64,000 bases of DNA, from contig OY762463.1 of the NCBI GenBank assembly GCA_963665815.1, positions 3,584,001 to 3,648,000 of the forward strand, written 5' to 3'. A program made the translations under genes and the position numbers. Positions 29,884-42,645 of the stretch are shown piece by piece. Numbering within the stretch: the stretch's first letter is position 1; each line of letters begins with the position of its first letter. The notes under the pieces were generated by a model that saw only the letters and a list, made by a program, of their open reading frames with translations, was not told the origin of the DNA and ran no database searches. The DNA comes from Candidatus Cloacimonadales bacterium. GTDB lineage: Bacteria > Cloacimonadota > Cloacimonadia > Cloacimonadales > JAIOQZ01.

Positions 29884-32800
29884 TTAGAAATCTTCAAAAC
29901 TGTCATCATCTAAAGGTAGTATCTTGTCCGGTGAAAGTTCGTACATATTATCCGGTTTTTTGAACTGCTGCTTTGGTTTACTGAGCATTCTACGTTCAGT
30001 TTGGAGATTCCCTGATTTCTTACGACCTGAGTTCTGGTTAAGATTGAACTCCATCACCATACCTTTCAGTTCATTTGATTGGCTATTAAGTTCTTCAGCT
30101 GCACTTGCCGATTCTTCTGCATTAGCAGCATTTCTTTGGGTCATTTTATTCAATTCGGTAATCGCTGTATTAACCTGTGAAATTCCATCAGACTGTTCAT
30201 CAGATGCAGCAGAAATTTCTTTTACAATACTGTTAACTTTTTCAAAACTTTTCTTTATATCATCGAAAGAAGAAGTAACTTCACTGACTATCTTACCACC
30301 TTCTTCAGAATTTCTCAATGATTCTTCAATAAGCTCATTCGTGTTTCTGGCAGCCTCAGCAGACCTTAATGCCAAGTTTTTTACTTCCTCAGCGACAACA
30401 GCAAAGCCTTTTCCTGCCTCACCGGCATGAGCAGCTTCAACTGCAGCGTTCAATGCAAGAAGGTTTGTCTGGAATGCAATCTCATCGATTGTTTTAATGA
30501 TTTTGCCTGTTTCTTCGGCTGATTTGTTTATTGCTTCCATAGCAATATTCATTTTTTCCATTGCATCATTACCCTTACCGACATTTCCAATTGCCAGTTC
30601 GGAAAGATTTGCTCCCTGTTTTGCATTATCAGCATTATTCAATGTAAGTGAATTCATTTGCTCCAGGCTGCTGGCAACTTCTTCCAGAGATGAAGCTTGT
30701 TCCGAAGTACCTTCAGCGAGAGATTGAGATCCAGAGGCAATCTCATTTGCAGCTGATGAAATCTGATCAACTGCCAGATCAACCTGAGAAAGAGCATTTT
30801 CTAACTGATCACCGGCATTGTTGATATTCTGCTTGAAGTCATTCATCTGACCTTTGTAGTTATTCTTAACTCTTACAGTCATATTCTTTCTGGCAAATTG
30901 TTCCATTACATGCATTGCTTCTTTAATAGGATTAACGACTGCATTAATCAAATCATTAATTCCCTGAACAATTTCCTTCCAGTCATTATTAAATTTACCG
31001 GTATCACCTCTATTATCAAGTTCACCATTTTTTACAGATTCAATCAATGTCTTTAACTCATTGGATATTGCAATCAAATTATTTCGGAGACCATCTAAAT
31101 AGTCGTTTGCCATTTTTTGCTTTCCGGGTAATCTTTCCAATACAGGTTCAAAGTCCCCATCTGAATAACTTTCAACAACTTTGAGCATCTTGAGAATTGC
31201 ATCAATCATCAGCTTGACACTTTTATTAACCCCGTCAGCCATTTCTTTATAAACACCTTTGAATTTATTAAGGTCAATGAAGTACTCAATATCTCCAGCA
31301 CTCTGTTCTTTGTAAAGCAGAGCCATATCTTCTATAAACATGTTGAGGTTATCAATAAGAGTATTTACATTGTTTTTGGTTTGATTAAAGTCTCCTTTAT
31401 ATTCGTCAGTGATTTTATCCGGGATTACACCATTAGCAATTTTATCAATATACTCAGCAGTTTGACTAATTGGGGCCACAAATGCATCTGTAAGCTGATT
31501 CAAGCCCATAACTACTGCACTGTAAGCTCCCTTATGTTTTTTCGCATCTACTCTTTCCGAGAGCTGTCCGTTCATTATATTTTTAACCATTTCATGAGCA
31601 TCTTGAATCAGATTGTTCAGAGAATCCCTGACCATAAGAAGATTGTTGTTAATTGCTGTATATTGCTCGTATTTTTCTTTTGTGTACTCATTAGGAGGAG
31701 TAAGATCAGTGTTGACACTAATATCACCTTGAGCAAGTTTCTTCAGATTATCTGCAAGTTTTTTTACACTTTCGGTGTCATATAATCTTTGTTGAGCCCC
31801 TGCGGTAATATCTTGAACAACTTCAATATGACCGACATTATTGCCATTGGCATCTTTAACATAGGACGTATCTACTTGGAAGTTCATACCCATCTGTGCA
31901 AAAGTTGTTTGAGGAATACCTTTTCTTAGACCAGTAATTCCGCAGTTTTCTGTTTTGCAAATTCCTGCTCCCCAGTTACTACAGTGCTGACCTATTATAT
32001 CTTTTCGCTTAACATTCAGAAAATCTTCAACAGCCTTGTTTATGAAAGTCCAATTCATGTCCATATCGGTTACAGAAATTGGAAATGCTATTGAATCCAG
32101 AAGCTGTTCATACCAGAACATCTTGGCAACAATAATATCCAAGGTTGTATGAACACCATGTATTATTTCTCGGAATGCTCCGTTATGTCTTCCTTCACTG
32201 GCTCTGGAGTTGAAGTCTTCGTGTTTAGCGGCATCTGTGAGGAATTGAGCATCGTCAATCAATGCTTGAATAGAATCAATCGCTTGATTCAGGTTATTCT
32301 TAATCTCATTAAAGTCACCATGATAGTCTTCTTCAATTTTCGGTGGCATAGATCCTTTGGAAATTCTGTCAATATATTCTGCTACAAGTACAATAGGTCC
32401 AACAAATGTATCAATAAGGTTATTTGTACTGTCCACAATATCCTTGAAATCTTCACTGACCATTTCAGGGTCTGCTCTGGAGTCAAGCTGACCATTTACA
32501 ACATCTGTACTAATACCGTTGATTATACCAACAGTTTGCTTAATTGGTTTAACAACAAACTTTGAAACCAGATAGTTTAATATTAAAATACTTACAACTA
32601 AAGAAATTATGGAAATTGTTAAAACAAGAATAAGGAATTTTGTTCTGGCAGCGAACAATTCACTTTCTGAGATTCCTATGGCAATTATCCAGTCCCATTC
32701 CTTAAAGTAATAGAAACTTGCAAGTTTCTTATCTCCGTTGTATGTATACTTAAGGATTCCAGATTCCTGTGCCAGCATTTTGTTTAATGTTTCAGGTATT

Positions 32801-33147
32801 GGACTTTCATCACCTTTATTCAGAACCTTATGGAAAACAAACTTATTATTGGAATCAATTACAAAAATGTATCCGGTTTTTTTGAATGTGAAGCTTTTAT
32901 ACTCGTCTGTAAGTTCCTTCTGAGTATTCTCCACATAGGCGGGAATCCCCATTAATCCACTGTCTTTCAGTATATTGTATTTGAGTTTTATCTCCTTTAC
33001 TTTATCCTGAAGCGATAATTGAAGTATCTCCTTGTTTGTTTCCTCAGTAATTGAACTGATATTAAATGCAGCAATCCACACAACCACTATCATTAATGCA
33101 ACAATTAAAATCCCCCCTGCGAGCAGGATGTTCTTTTGCAGTTTCAT
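29884..33147 (-). CDS. Methyl-accepting chemotaxis protein (Cache, poly-HAMP, PAS, MA)
   Basis: [40 protein letters not shown] signalling hairpin; TM-Cache-TM N-terminus. Confidence 0.95.
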   Translation of the reverse strand: MKLQKNILLAGGILIVALMIVVVWIAAFNISSITEETNKEILQLSLQDKVKEIKLKYNILKDSGLMGIPAYVENTQKELTDEYKSFTFKKTGYIFVIDSNNKFVFHKVLNKGDESPIPETLNKMLAQESGILKYTYNGDKKLASFYYFKEWDWIIAIGISESELFAARTKFLILVLTISIISLVVSILILNYLVSKFVVKPIKQTVGIINGISTDVVNGQLDSRADPEMVSEDFKDIVDSTNNLIDTFVGPIVLVAEYIDRISKGSMPPKIEEDYHGDFNEIKNNLNQAIDSIQALIDDAQFLTDAAKHEDFNSRASEGRHNGAFREIIHGVHTTLDIIVAKMFWYEQLLDSIAFPISVTDMDMNWTFINKAVEDFLNVKRKDIIGQHCSNWGAGICKTENCGITGLRKGIPQTTFAQMGMNFQVDTSYVKDANGNNVGHIEVVQDITAGAQQRLYDTESVKKLADNLKKLAQGDISVNTDLTPPNEYTKEKYEQYTAINNNLLMVRDSLNNLIQDAHEMVKNIMNGQLSERVDAKKHKGAYSAVVMGLNQLTDAFVAPISQTAEYIDKIANGVIPDKITDEYKGDFNQTKNNVNTLIDNLNMFIEDMALLYKEQSAGDIEYFIDLNKFKGVYKEMADGVNKSVKLMIDAILKMLKVVESYSDGDFEPVLERLPGKQKMANDYLDGLRNNLIAISNELKTLIESVKNGELDNRGDTGKFNNDWKEIVQGINDLINAVVNPIKEAMHVMEQFARKNMTVRVKNNYKGQMNDFKQNINNAGDQLENALSQVDLAVDQISSAANEIASGSQSLAEGTSEQASSLEEVASSLEQMNSLTLNNADNAKQGANLSELAIGNVGKGNDAMEKMNIAMEAINKSAEETGKIIKTIDEIAFQTNLLALNAAVEAAHAGEAGKGFAVVAEEVKNLALRSAEAARNTNELIEESLRNSEEGGKIVSEVTSSFDDIKKSFEKVNSIVKEISAASDEQSDGISQVNTAITELNKMTQRNAANAEESASAAEELNSQSNELKGMVMEFNLNQNSGRKKSGNLQTERRMLSKPKQQFKKPDNMYELSPDKILPLDDDSFEDF

Positions 33148-33165
33148 ATTACTCCCTTAAATGAA

Positions 33166-33672
33166 TTATTTATCCTTGTTTACCTTTTGAAGATTAATGA
33201 GTTCATCCTGTGTGAGAACATTTTGTATATCAAGCAGGGTCACAACATTTCCTTTCATTTTAGCCATTCCAAGGATATATGACGTTTCCAGTTCAACACC
33301 AAATTGCGGAGAATCCTCAATCTGACTATTTTCTATATCAAGAACTTCTAGTACAGTATCTACAATAATACCTATAAAAATATTTGATTTGTTACTGGCT
33401 TTCACTTTGATAATGATAATACTTGTCCTTTCATCATAATCAGTTGTTTCCAGAGAAAATCTTAATCTTAAGTCTATTACGGGTATTATCTTCCCTCTTA
33501 AGTTGATTACTCCCTTAACAAAATCAGGTGTTCTGGGAATTGGAGTAATCTGCGGTATTGCAATAATCTGCAATATAGCATCGACATTTATCCCGTAATG
33601 CTCATCAAGAAGTCTGAAAGTAAGATATTTACCACTTAAATTATCAACATTAGCTTGAACATTGGGTTCCAT
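33166..33672 (-). CDS. cheW: Chemotaxis coupling protein CheW
   Basis: KYLTFRL, ITPIPRTPDFVKGVINLRGKIIPVIDLR, GIIVD.V.EV. Confidence 0.95.
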   Translation of the reverse strand: MEPNVQANVDNLSGKYLTFRLLDEHYGINVDAILQIIAIPQITPIPRTPDFVKGVINLRGKIIPVIDLRLRFSLETTDYDERTSIIIIKVKASNKSNIFIGIIVDTVLEVLDIENSQIEDSPQFGVELETSYILGMAKMKGNVVTLLDIQNVLTQDELINLQKVNKDK

Positions 33673-33920
33673 TGTTCCTCCTTAACAGTAAATAGATTTT
33701 TTATTTATTTTTTAATTTTTAAAACTAAATATAAATTAATAACTTGAAAGAAAAAAAACAAGAAAATTTGTTTACAATGATGCTTATACTCATATTAATA
33801 TTTGATATTGTAATGATTTTGACAAGGAAAAAATATGCAAATAATCATTAATCTACATATACACAATGAATTTTTATGTACAGTAATTTGCATACCTGCA
33901 TAAAACTTCAAGTTAAATCG

Positions 33921-36900
33921 TTAAAAATCGTCGAAATCTTCATTTACTGTGATTTGCTCTTCAGCATCTACTTCATATATTTTCACTGGCTCAACGGATA
34001 ATATCGATTTTTCTGAAGAAGAATACCCGGATTTACGCCTGTCGGTTATTCCATTTGAACCATTCAATGTGAATTCTGCTACCATCTCCTTGAGCTCCAT
34101 AGATTGACTGCTGAGTTCTTCTGCTGCACTTGCTGATTCTTCAGCATTAGCTGCGTTTCTCTGAGTTAATCTGTTTAATTCGGAAATAGCTGTGTTTACC
34201 TGAGTTATACCTTGAGCCTGTTCATCTGATGCAGCAGAAATCTCTTTCACGATTGTGTTAACTTTTTCAAAACTATTTCTGATTTCTGTAAATGAAGCTG
34301 AAACATCAGCTACTATCTTTCCACCATTTTCAGAGTTCTTCATTGATTCTTCTATCAGCCCATTTGTGTTTCGAGCAGCTTCAGCACTTCTCATGGCGAG
34401 ATTCTTTACCTCTTCAGCAACAACTGCAAAGCCCTTGCCTGCTTCACCGGCATGAGCTGCTTCAACTGCTGCATTCAATGCTAAAAGATTTGTCTGGAAG
34501 GCTATCTCATCAATTGTTTTTATTATTTTTCCTGTTTCCTCAGCTGACTTACTTATTGCTGTCATTGCATCAAACATTCGTTTCATTGCTGAATCCCCTC
34601 TTTCAACATTGAATATTGCTTCTTCCGAGAGAGAGGCTCCATTTTTCGCATTATCCGTATTCGTCAGAGTGAGAGAGTTCATCTGTTCAAGACTGGCAGA
34701 TACTTCTTCCAAAGATGATGCTTGTTCCGATGTTCCTTCTGCAAGACTCTGAGATCCACCGGAAATTTCATCAACTGCGGATGTTATTTGAATTACTGCA
34801 TTATCTACCTGAGATAATGCTTCTTCAAGCTGAGTTCCGGCTTTGTTGATATCTTCCTTGAACTCATCAACCTGACCTTTATAATTGTTCGTCATCCGAG
34901 CTGTAAGATCTTTATTGGAGAGTTTTTTCATTACTTCCATTGCTTCGAGAATCGGATTCACAATTTCGTCAAGCAGATCATTTAATCCGGATATCATTTT
35001 ACTCCAGTCATTTGTAAACTTCTTATTATCTCCTCTATGGGTTAAATCTCCGTTTCTTACAGGTACTATAAGTCTTTCAATTTCATTTGATACTGCAAGA
35101 AGATTATCTAGCAATCTGTTTATATAATCATTTGCAACACCTTGTTTACCTGGAAGCTGTTCCAGTACAACCGAGAAATCTCCTTTCGCATAACTTTCAA
35201 CTGTATTGAGAATCTTGAATATATTGCCTACATGCATCTCAACATTTTTATTCACACCGTCTGCCATTTCCTTGTACATGCCTTCAAAATCACTTAGATC
35301 AATTAGAGCATCCATGTCTCCTGCTTTCTGCTGCTCATACATGCTTTTCATTTTATTGATAAAATTACCAAGATTCTGTATAACTCTGTTTACACTTCTT
35401 TTAATATCATTGAAATCACCCTTATACTCATGAGAAACCAGTTCAGGCAGTCTGCCATCAGCAATATCTGAGAGGTATTCTGCGGTTACTACGAAGGGTT
35501 CAACAAATGCATCAGTAAGCTGATTGAATCCCTTAACAACATCTTTATAAGCTCCGTTGTGCTTTTCAGGATTCGCTCTGTTGTCCAGTTTACCTTTCAG
35601 AACACTGGATATCATAGCTTTTGAATCTGTTATCAGTGCTTCAAGAGAAACTCTTACAGAATCAAGGTTCTGGTTAATCTTACTGAATCTTTCATGATTC
35701 TTTTCTGTGTGTTGATCAGCGGAGGCAATCTTAGTGTCTAATGCCATATCTCCCATTGCCAGCTTTTCAAGGTTTTCTGCCAATCGTTCTACTTCAGCTT
35801 TATCATATTTTAACTTGTGATTTTCTCTTGTTACATCCTGAATAACTTCGATATACCCCATAACTTTACCGCTGAGATCAAGCAGTTCATTTGTCGTAGC
35901 TTTATAATCCTTATTAGTACTGTGATTCGTAAATTCCGCCAGAGGATTTCCATTTTTTAAATGCTGTATGGAACAATCCGGTGTATTACAGATTTCAGTA
36001 TTCCAGTAGTTACATTTCTTATCTTTCATACTGCTTCTGTCTATCCCAATAACATCAGTTCCTGCTTTGTTAATAAAAGTCCAGTTCATGTCTTTATCAG
36101 TTACTGAAATCAGGAAAGGTATAGAATCAAGTATCTGCTCATACCAGTGCATTTTGTCGATAATGAGGTCAAGTGTATTGTGAAATCCTGAGATAATATC
36201 TCTATATGCTCCCTGATGTTTTGTTTCATCAGCTCTTACATCAAAGTTCTCATTTTTTGCTGTGTTTGTTAAAAATTCAGCATCTTGAATCAGTTCATCT
36301 ACTGAATCAATAGCTCTGTTTATATTGTTTTTAATCTCATTGAAATCTCCTCTGTATTCTCCAGTTATTCTTGGTGGAAGACTTCCTTTTGAGATTCTAT
36401 CTATGTACTCTGCTACAAGATTGATTGGTTCAACAAAAGAGTCTATTAAATGGTTTACACTGCTTGCCAACTGTCGGAAATCACTGCTCACATCATCTTC
36501 ATTAGCTCTTGTATCCAGTCTACCTTTCGTAATATTGTCTGCAATTACATTTATTGATTCTACAGATTTCAGAATAGGCTTTTCAACAAAAACAGTTAAT
36601 AAAAAATACAGAATTACCGCACTGATCAGCAAGCTTATAATTGCAATAAGTGATACTTGGAGAAGAAAAGATGTACTTTCCTGATATAATTCTTTCTCTG
36701 AAATTGAAATACCGATTATCCAGTCCCATGGTTCAAAGTAATAGAAAGTTGACATTCGCTTTGTGTCATCAATCGTATAGCTTGTGATGCCTTCCTTTTC
36801 CTCACTCATTAATTTTATAACTTGCGGTACAGATGATTTTGAACCGGGTTTAACACCTTTTTTGAAGATATATTTATTATCTGGTTTGATTACGAACAAG

Positions 36901-37178
36901 TAACCACTTTTTTTATAACTAAAATCTTCATAAGATTCGATCAATGCTGTTTTAACTGGATCAACATAAGATTTTATCTCATCAAGTCCTGTTTCGTGAA
37001 GCATATCATATTTTACTTGTATCTCTTTAATCTTGTCTTTCAAAGAAAGACTGAGATTTTCTTTGCTGCTTGACCTTGCAACATGATTCATATCAACAAC
37101 TGCTTTCCATGAAATTGTTAAAGTTAATGCAATTAAAAGTCCAATACCTGCAAACAAAATGTTTCGCTTTAATCTCAT
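33921..37178 (-). CDS. Methyl-accepting chemotaxis protein, paralog of 29884-33147
   Basis: Same architecture and identical signalling-hairpin peptide. Confidence 0.95.
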   Translation of the reverse strand: MRLKRNILFAGIGLLIALTLTISWKAVVDMNHVARSSSKENLSLSLKDKIKEIQVKYDMLHETGLDEIKSYVDPVKTALIESYEDFSYKKSGYLFVIKPDNKYIFKKGVKPGSKSSVPQVIKLMSEEKEGITSYTIDDTKRMSTFYYFEPWDWIIGISISEKELYQESTSFLLQVSLIAIISLLISAVILYFLLTVFVEKPILKSVESINVIADNITKGRLDTRANEDDVSSDFRQLASSVNHLIDSFVEPINLVAEYIDRISKGSLPPRITGEYRGDFNEIKNNINRAIDSVDELIQDAEFLTNTAKNENFDVRADETKHQGAYRDIISGFHNTLDLIIDKMHWYEQILDSIPFLISVTDKDMNWTFINKAGTDVIGIDRSSMKDKKCNYWNTEICNTPDCSIQHLKNGNPLAEFTNHSTNKDYKATTNELLDLSGKVMGYIEVIQDVTRENHKLKYDKAEVERLAENLEKLAMGDMALDTKIASADQHTEKNHERFSKINQNLDSVRVSLEALITDSKAMISSVLKGKLDNRANPEKHNGAYKDVVKGFNQLTDAFVEPFVVTAEYLSDIADGRLPELVSHEYKGDFNDIKRSVNRVIQNLGNFINKMKSMYEQQKAGDMDALIDLSDFEGMYKEMADGVNKNVEMHVGNIFKILNTVESYAKGDFSVVLEQLPGKQGVANDYINRLLDNLLAVSNEIERLIVPVRNGDLTHRGDNKKFTNDWSKMISGLNDLLDEIVNPILEAMEVMKKLSNKDLTARMTNNYKGQVDEFKEDINKAGTQLEEALSQVDNAVIQITSAVDEISGGSQSLAEGTSEQASSLEEVSASLEQMNSLTLTNTDNAKNGASLSEEAIFNVERGDSAMKRMFDAMTAISKSAEETGKIIKTIDEIAFQTNLLALNAAVEAAHAGEAGKGFAVVAEEVKNLAMRSAEAARNTNGLIEESMKNSENGGKIVADVSASFTEIRNSFEKVNTIVKEISAASDEQAQGITQVNTAISELNRLTQRNAANAEESASAAEELSSQSMELKEMVAEFTLNGSNGITDRRKSGYSSSEKSILSVEPVKIYEVDAEEQITVNEDFDDF

Positions 37179-37500
37179 TTAGTACCTGCCTGATGTAATT
37201 AATATTGTTATTTAACGAGTCAAAAATTATCAGATTACAATAAGAACTATGAAGTACACAGTTCTCTCACACTTTGGTTGCACAACAATATTATACTGAA
37301 TTACTCTCAATATGCAAAATAATTTACATCAGTTTGTTTATGAATAAGATTCATTAAAATATGCGTTATAGCTTAAATATTCAATGCAAATTTAGAAAAT
37401 GGAAGTTAGTACGTTTGACTGCATGATCCTGCGAAATTTGTTTCCATATTATTTCCTTGACCTGCATGACACATATTTAAGATAGCAAAAAGGATGAAAA

Positions 37501-38337
37501 ATGAACGGTATAGTATTTTACAAAACAATAAAGTATAAGAGTATAAGGGATTTCTACGAGAATGTTATCGGATTGGACATCTGGATTGAGCAGAAAGAGT
37601 GTGTCATCTATCAATATGGAAACTTTCTGCTTGGCTTTTGCAATAGAAGTAGTTCTGATACACAATCAATGATTACAATGTTCTTTGATAGCCGATTTGA
37701 AGTAGACAATTTTTACAATAAACTCAAGAATATTGCACACGATAAACCTAAATACAATCCGGATTACGAGATTTACCATTTTTTTGCTGAAGACCCGGAA
37801 GGCAGAGTTCTGGAATTTCAGTATTTCGAAAACGAGATTAGACCTTACAATTCTGCAGCCGATGTTTTAACAAAACGTAGATCAGCAAGAAGCTTTACAC
37901 AGAAAGTAGTAAGTGATGATTTATTGAGATCAGTATTTGAGCTTTGTAGATACAGTCCGACATCAATGAATACGCAATCGTATTATTACGTTGTGATAAG
38001 AGACCAGAAAACCATAAAGACTCTCAGTGAAATCAGGGATAGTGCTTCCTCACCATTAGTACAGAGCCAGCTTAATATTGCAATATGCGTTGATCCTGCC
38101 AAAACCAGAAGAAAGGAGGAAGACGGAATTATTGCAGCCTATCATTTTATTCTTTCATGTGAAAATCATGGTTTGGGAACATGCTGGATAGCTGATATGA
38201 ACAGAGATAATGTGAAGGAAATGCTGAATATTCCTAAAGAACATTATATTGCAACAATTACTCCCGTAGGATACAGTAAGATCAAAAGCCGGATGCTTCC
38301 GAGAAGAAGAGAAATTTCTGAGTTTGTAGTCTGGTAG
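37501..38337 (+). CDS. VOC/glyoxalase-like domain fused to nitroreductase domain
   Basis: FYENVIGL...FFAEDPEGRVLEFQ followed by RRSARSF...SPTSMNTQ...GLGTCW...PVGY. Confidence 0.8.
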   Translation: MNGIVFYKTIKYKSIRDFYENVIGLDIWIEQKECVIYQYGNFLLGFCNRSSSDTQSMITMFFDSRFEVDNFYNKLKNIAHDKPKYNPDYEIYHFFAEDPEGRVLEFQYFENEIRPYNSAADVLTKRRSARSFTQKVVSDDLLRSVFELCRYSPTSMNTQSYYYVVIRDQKTIKTLSEIRDSASSPLVQSQLNIAICVDPAKTRRKEEDGIIAAYHFILSCENHGLGTCWIADMNRDNVKEMLNIPKEHYIATITPVGYSKIKSRMLPRRREISEFVVW

Positions 38338-38348
38338 AGAGAATAATT

Positions 38349-38945
38349 ATGGATTTTTTTACACTGAATAAAACAAAAAGAACCGAGATAAAGATTAAAA
38401 GATCAAGATTCATAGGAACAATCAAGCCTGTTTCAACAATTGATGAGGCAAAGAGTTTTTTTTCAGAAATGAATGCTGAATTCAAAACAGCAAACCACAA
38501 TTGCTGGGCTTATATTGTTGGAGATAAAGGCGAAACCTTTCATAGTTCCGATGCAGGTGAACCCGCAGGAACAGCCGGGAAACCAATATTGCAGACTATG
38601 CAGAAGCATAACCTTTCGAATGTTGCCTGTGTGGTTACAAGATTCTTCGGTGGTGTTAAGCTGGGAATAAGAGGTTTAATTGATGCTTATTCAGAATCCG
38701 TCGAAGAGACTCTGAAAATATCTGATGTTAAAAGGATCGTTAACATTCTGGAATTCAAAGTAGAATTAGGCTATGGGTTTGCAGAAACTTTTTTATACAA
38801 TGCAAATAACATGAACGCTTTGATAGTTAATCAGGATTACAGTGATGTTGTTAAGATTACTCTATCCTGTGAAGAAGATTTATCTGAAGAGTTAGCAAAT
38901 TACATAAAAGAACTCAGCAATAGAGGATCATTGAAAGTACTATAA
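38349..38945 (+). CDS. yigZ: YigZ/IMPACT family protein
   Basis: IKRSRFIG, ANHNCWAY, SDAGEPAGTAGKP, VTRFFGGVKLG.RGLIDAY. Confidence 0.9.
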   Translation: MDFFTLNKTKRTEIKIKRSRFIGTIKPVSTIDEAKSFFSEMNAEFKTANHNCWAYIVGDKGETFHSSDAGEPAGTAGKPILQTMQKHNLSNVACVVTRFFGGVKLGIRGLIDAYSESVEETLKISDVKRIVNILEFKVELGYGFAETFLYNANNMNALIVNQDYSDVVKITLSCEEDLSEELANYIKELSNRGSLKVL

Positions 38946-38972
38946 AAAAGACTGCTGAATCTTCAGCAGTCT
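38944..38972. terminator. Terminator between convergent yigZ and trxA
   Basis: agactgctga-atct-tcagcagtct with A-run on the left (U-tail on -). Confidence 0.7.
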
Positions 38973-38995
38973 GCAAAAGTGTAAAGTCAAAAGGT

Positions 38996-39307
38996 TTAGA
39001 TTATTGTTTTGATTTTGCTTTCAAGCATGTCTTTACTTAATACACCAATAGATGTATCTTTTAATTCGCCATCTTTAAAAATAAGAATTGTCGGAATACT
39101 CATTACTTTGTATTTCATTGAGACATCCTGATTCTGATCAACATTAAGTTTATAAAAATCAACATTATCCAGTTTATCCGCTAATTCTTTTACTGCAGGT
39201 TCCATCATCTTGCACGGACCACACCACGGGGCCCAGAAATCAACAACAACAACTCCTGATAATATAGCATTATCAAAATCTTGAGAGTTTAGTTCTTTTA
39301 GTGCCAT
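38996..39307 (-). CDS. trxA: Thioredoxin
   Basis: VDFWAPWCGPCK, MSIPT. Confidence 0.95.
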   Translation of the reverse strand: MALKELNSQDFDNAILSGVVVVDFWAPWCGPCKMMEPAVKELADKLDNVDFYKLNVDQNQDVSMKYKVMSIPTILIFKDGELKDTSIGVLSKDMLESKIKTII

Positions 39308-39419
39308 TCTTTTCTCCTCTTAATAACTCGCATTCAGTATTCATTTCCTAAATAAATTCATTTTTAGTAAAATATAACTGATACAAGATATAGAAACAAA
39401 AACTATTTGAAAATAAACT

Positions 39420-40391
39420 TCACTGAGCAAGAATTTCAAAAAAACTTTCTAATCTCAGTTTCGTTCTTTCATCAAGAGAAGAAGGTTGATCACCTTCAAT
39501 AATAATTAATGGCTTGTTGAGATATTTTTTAAACAATATGTTATCAATCTGCCTGTGACAAAATGCCTGAGAATAACTCAAGATAGCCTGAATATTCCTG
39601 ATTTTTGATTCGGAGTTTATTTCTTTTATTCTTTCTTCGATCCCATATGGATAAGAATATCTCAAATACTGTTCAACAATATCCTTCTCGAGAAACGGCA
39701 TGCTGAACTGTCTTTGAATTTCGTTAAAAACAACTGCATAATTCTGCTCATCAAGAAAATCGTAAAGGTCTTTAAAAATTGGAGGAACTCCAATATAGCC
39801 GAGAACTATCTCTGGTTTTCGAGAAGGTCTACACCTGACTTCATTAAGAAAGCCATCCAGATCTTTCTCGTACTTTTCGGGATCGCCTCCAAAATCTGAA
39901 GAATTGACCAGCCATAAATGATTTTCAAGTCCTGTAGCTTTGAATCCGGAATACGTAAGTCTATCCAGTTCAATAAGTTTTGTGCGAATAGAATCAAGAT
40001 ATTGTTTTGTCTCATTAACTTTTGCCTCAGAGACCGAAAATTCGCTTCTGAACCTATCTATCTCAGTTTTAAGATCATTGTAGCTTCGTCTGTGAGGGAA
40101 AGCAAAAGAAATAGTTTTCAGGCCCTGATCAATCAGAGTTTCAGTTAGAGATTTTGTATTGGAACAATCTCCCTCTGTAACTGGAATAAAAACATCAAGA
40201 TTTTCTTCCAAAGCAACAGAATATAAACCTTTTATCCATGAGCATGTATTGCGCGGAAATCCTGCATGCTCAGCCATATCAATATATTTTGTACTATCCC
40301 CTGTAATGAACAAGTTATTAAGATCAACAGGAGTATGACCGGCAGCAATTATTATTTCCACCGGAAGTGTTGTGGTGAATCCGACTCTCAT
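39420..40391 (-). CDS. 2-hydroxyacyl-CoA dehydratase family (HgdB/D-component-like) protein
   Basis: GFPRNTCSWIKG, EGDCSNT, FCHRQID, IEGD...RLESF. Confidence 0.75.
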   Translation of the reverse strand: MRVGFTTTLPVEIIIAAGHTPVDLNNLFITGDSTKYIDMAEHAGFPRNTCSWIKGLYSVALEENLDVFIPVTEGDCSNTKSLTETLIDQGLKTISFAFPHRRSYNDLKTEIDRFRSEFSVSEAKVNETKQYLDSIRTKLIELDRLTYSGFKATGLENHLWLVNSSDFGGDPEKYEKDLDGFLNEVRCRPSRKPEIVLGYIGVPPIFKDLYDFLDEQNYAVVFNEIQRQFSMPFLEKDIVEQYLRYSYPYGIEERIKEINSESKIRNIQAILSYSQAFCHRQIDNILFKKYLNKPLIIIEGDQPSSLDERTKLRLESFFEILAQ

Positions 40392-42289
40392 GATATCTCC
40401 TGATCTTCATCTGTCAGCATTAAATACTTCATTTCGAGATCTTCTATTTTTGAACTCAGTTCCTCTGATTTCTTTTTATCTTCAGCAATTTCAGTTTTAA
40501 GTTTATCCATCTTTTCGTGATTCTGATAATATTCAGGTCTTGAATAGCAGGCTTCTTTTTCTGCTATCTTAATATGCATTGAATCTTTTTCATCTTCAAG
40601 TTCTGAAATTTCTTCAAGCAGCTTTTCAATTACCTGCGGATTAACTTTTCTGGATTTACCCTGGTCAGGCTTTCTGTCTGTACTTTTCTTTTTTTTCTTT
40701 GATTCTGTCTGCTCATCAGCTATCTGTTCAATACTTTTATCTGTTTCAGATATTGAGGAGTTTCTAAAAAGCAGTTTACGTTCAGCAACATTATTAATAA
40801 AATACATATCATGAGAAACAAAAATAAGTGTTCCATCATATTCTCTTAAGGCTTTTTCAAGAGCATCAACCATAAAAACATCAAGATGATTGGTCGGTTC
40901 ATCAAGAATAAGCAGATTAGGTTTATCATAAAGAATTCTCAGTAAATACAGTCTAGCTTTTTCACCGCCACTGAGAACATCGGTTTTCTTATCCAGATCT
41001 TCACCGGTAAATCCAAAACCTGCAAGATATCCAATAACCTGACCTTTAACTGCATCCGGCATAATGCTCCATATGTAATCCATAACAGTGATACCATCAG
41101 GTACATGAATATGCATCTGATCATAATAGCCAACTTTAAGATTTGCTCCTTTATAAAGAGTTCCACAAGTCTGTCTTATCTCTCCCATAAGTAGCTTAAG
41201 AAAACTTGTTTTACCGCATCCGTTGCGGCCTATCAGAACAATTTTATCCTGATAATGCACGTTAAGATTCAAGTTTTCAATCAATTTTCTGCCATATAAT
41301 TTAAGATCAAGCTTTTCAATTCTGAAGACATCATTTCCTGATCTGGACTCTGTATCAAATCTAATTTTGATTCTTTTTGACTCAGCAGGTTTTTCTATAA
41401 TATCCATCTTATCAAGCATCTTTTGTCTGGATTTTGCCTGATTTACTTTTTGCCCTGCCATGTTCCGTCTTATAAAATCTTCAGTTTTCTCAATAACTTT
41501 TTTCTGTTGATCAAACATCTTTTTCTGTAGAGCCTTCTGCCTTTCACTTTCCTGAAGATATCCGGAGTAGTTTCCTTTGAATGCATAAATTGTTTTTCTG
41601 TCAATTTCCCATATCTGATCAACAGTTCTATCCAGAAAATGTCTGTCATGAGATATCAGAATGTAAGGTTTACCCATATTGTATAGATATCGCTCAAGCC
41701 ACAGAATCATAGAATAGTCCAGGTGATTGGTTGGTTCGTCAAGCAGAAGCAGATCAAAAGGTTCAAGAAGTATTCTGGCAAGCTGAATACGCGTTTTCTC
41801 TCCACCACTGAAATCAGATAATTTTTTATGCCATAAATCTGTATCGAATCTCAGATGGGTCAGCACCAGCTTTCTTTCAGTAGAAAAGCTGAAGCCTCCA
41901 AGCGTTTCAAACTCATGAGTAAGGTTCTCATATTTCTTTAAAAGTTCTTCACTGTGGTCATGTTCCATTTCATCGTGCAGTTTCTCAATCTCCTTGTCCA
42001 ATTTCAAAATATCACTTCTTGATTCTGTCACATATTGTAACAAAGTCTTGGAGTTATCGAACTGCGGATCCTGAGTCAGGAAAGAAATTTTCAATCCTGA
42101 GGATGAATTTATCATTCCTTCTGAAGGTTCAAGACTTCCATGCAGGATTTTCAGCAATGTTGTCTTGCCCGATCCGTTTAAGCCTATCAAGCCTGTTCTG
42201 TGATGTTTTTCCACATTCAGATTTACATTGCGAATAATGTCAAAACCACCATAACTATGTCTAAGATTCTGAATTTGCAGAATACTCAT
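40388..42289 (-). CDS. ABC-F family ATP-binding protein
   Basis: Two NBDs (GLNGSGKTT/FSGGE/LLDEPTNHLD; GRNGCGKTS/LSGGE/LDEPTNHLD), no TM, C-terminal coiled coil; RBS gagg before ATG 42289. Confidence 0.92.
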   Translation of the reverse strand: MSILQIQNLRHSYGGFDIIRNVNLNVEKHHRTGLIGLNGSGKTTLLKILHGSLEPSEGMINSSSGLKISFLTQDPQFDNSKTLLQYVTESRSDILKLDKEIEKLHDEMEHDHSEELLKKYENLTHEFETLGGFSFSTERKLVLTHLRFDTDLWHKKLSDFSGGEKTRIQLARILLEPFDLLLLDEPTNHLDYSMILWLERYLYNMGKPYILISHDRHFLDRTVDQIWEIDRKTIYAFKGNYSGYLQESERQKALQKKMFDQQKKVIEKTEDFIRRNMAGQKVNQAKSRQKMLDKMDIIEKPAESKRIKIRFDTESRSGNDVFRIEKLDLKLYGRKLIENLNLNVHYQDKIVLIGRNGCGKTSFLKLLMGEIRQTCGTLYKGANLKVGYYDQMHIHVPDGITVMDYIWSIMPDAVKGQVIGYLAGFGFTGEDLDKKTDVLSGGEKARLYLLRILYDKPNLLILDEPTNHLDVFMVDALEKALREYDGTLIFVSHDMYFINNVAERKLLFRNSSISETDKSIEQIADEQTESKKKKKSTDRKPDQGKSRKVNPQVIEKLLEEISELEDEKDSMHIKIAEKEACYSRPEYYQNHEKMDKLKTEIAEDKKKSEELSSKIEDLEMKYLMLTDEDQEIS

Positions 42290-42392
42290 AATAACCTCGT
42301 AAATATTCAAATATCAACTCAGGCAAGGAAATAAGTTACTACTCAGCTGTAAAGCTAAATGTTAATAACACCGGCATTCAGGTTTAAAACTT

Positions 42393-42536
42393 GAGAGCAC
42401 TGCATAATAGCATACTCAAGTAGTTTTGGTTAAAAACTGATATTTTTGTATTAAACAGAAAGGTTTTTCTGAGAGGCTCATTTGAGTCAGAATTTGATAA
42501 ATCAAAAATCGAGTCAAATACGCCTAATATGCAAAT
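42393..42536 (+). repeat. Repeat Y copy 1 (diverged inverted copy at 51485-51705)
   Basis: Shared blocks gcataatagcata.tcaagtagttttggt and gctcattt(t)gagtcagaatttgat...gagtcaa.tac.cc...tatgcaaat. Confidence 0.8.
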
Positions 42537-42645
42537 ACCTCAACCTGTATTGTGAAGAGAAGTATCTAAAAAATAAATTATTTTCTTGATACAAAAACAC
42601 AATTATCGAAATTTGCAGTCAAACATATAAATTAAAGGAGTTACC

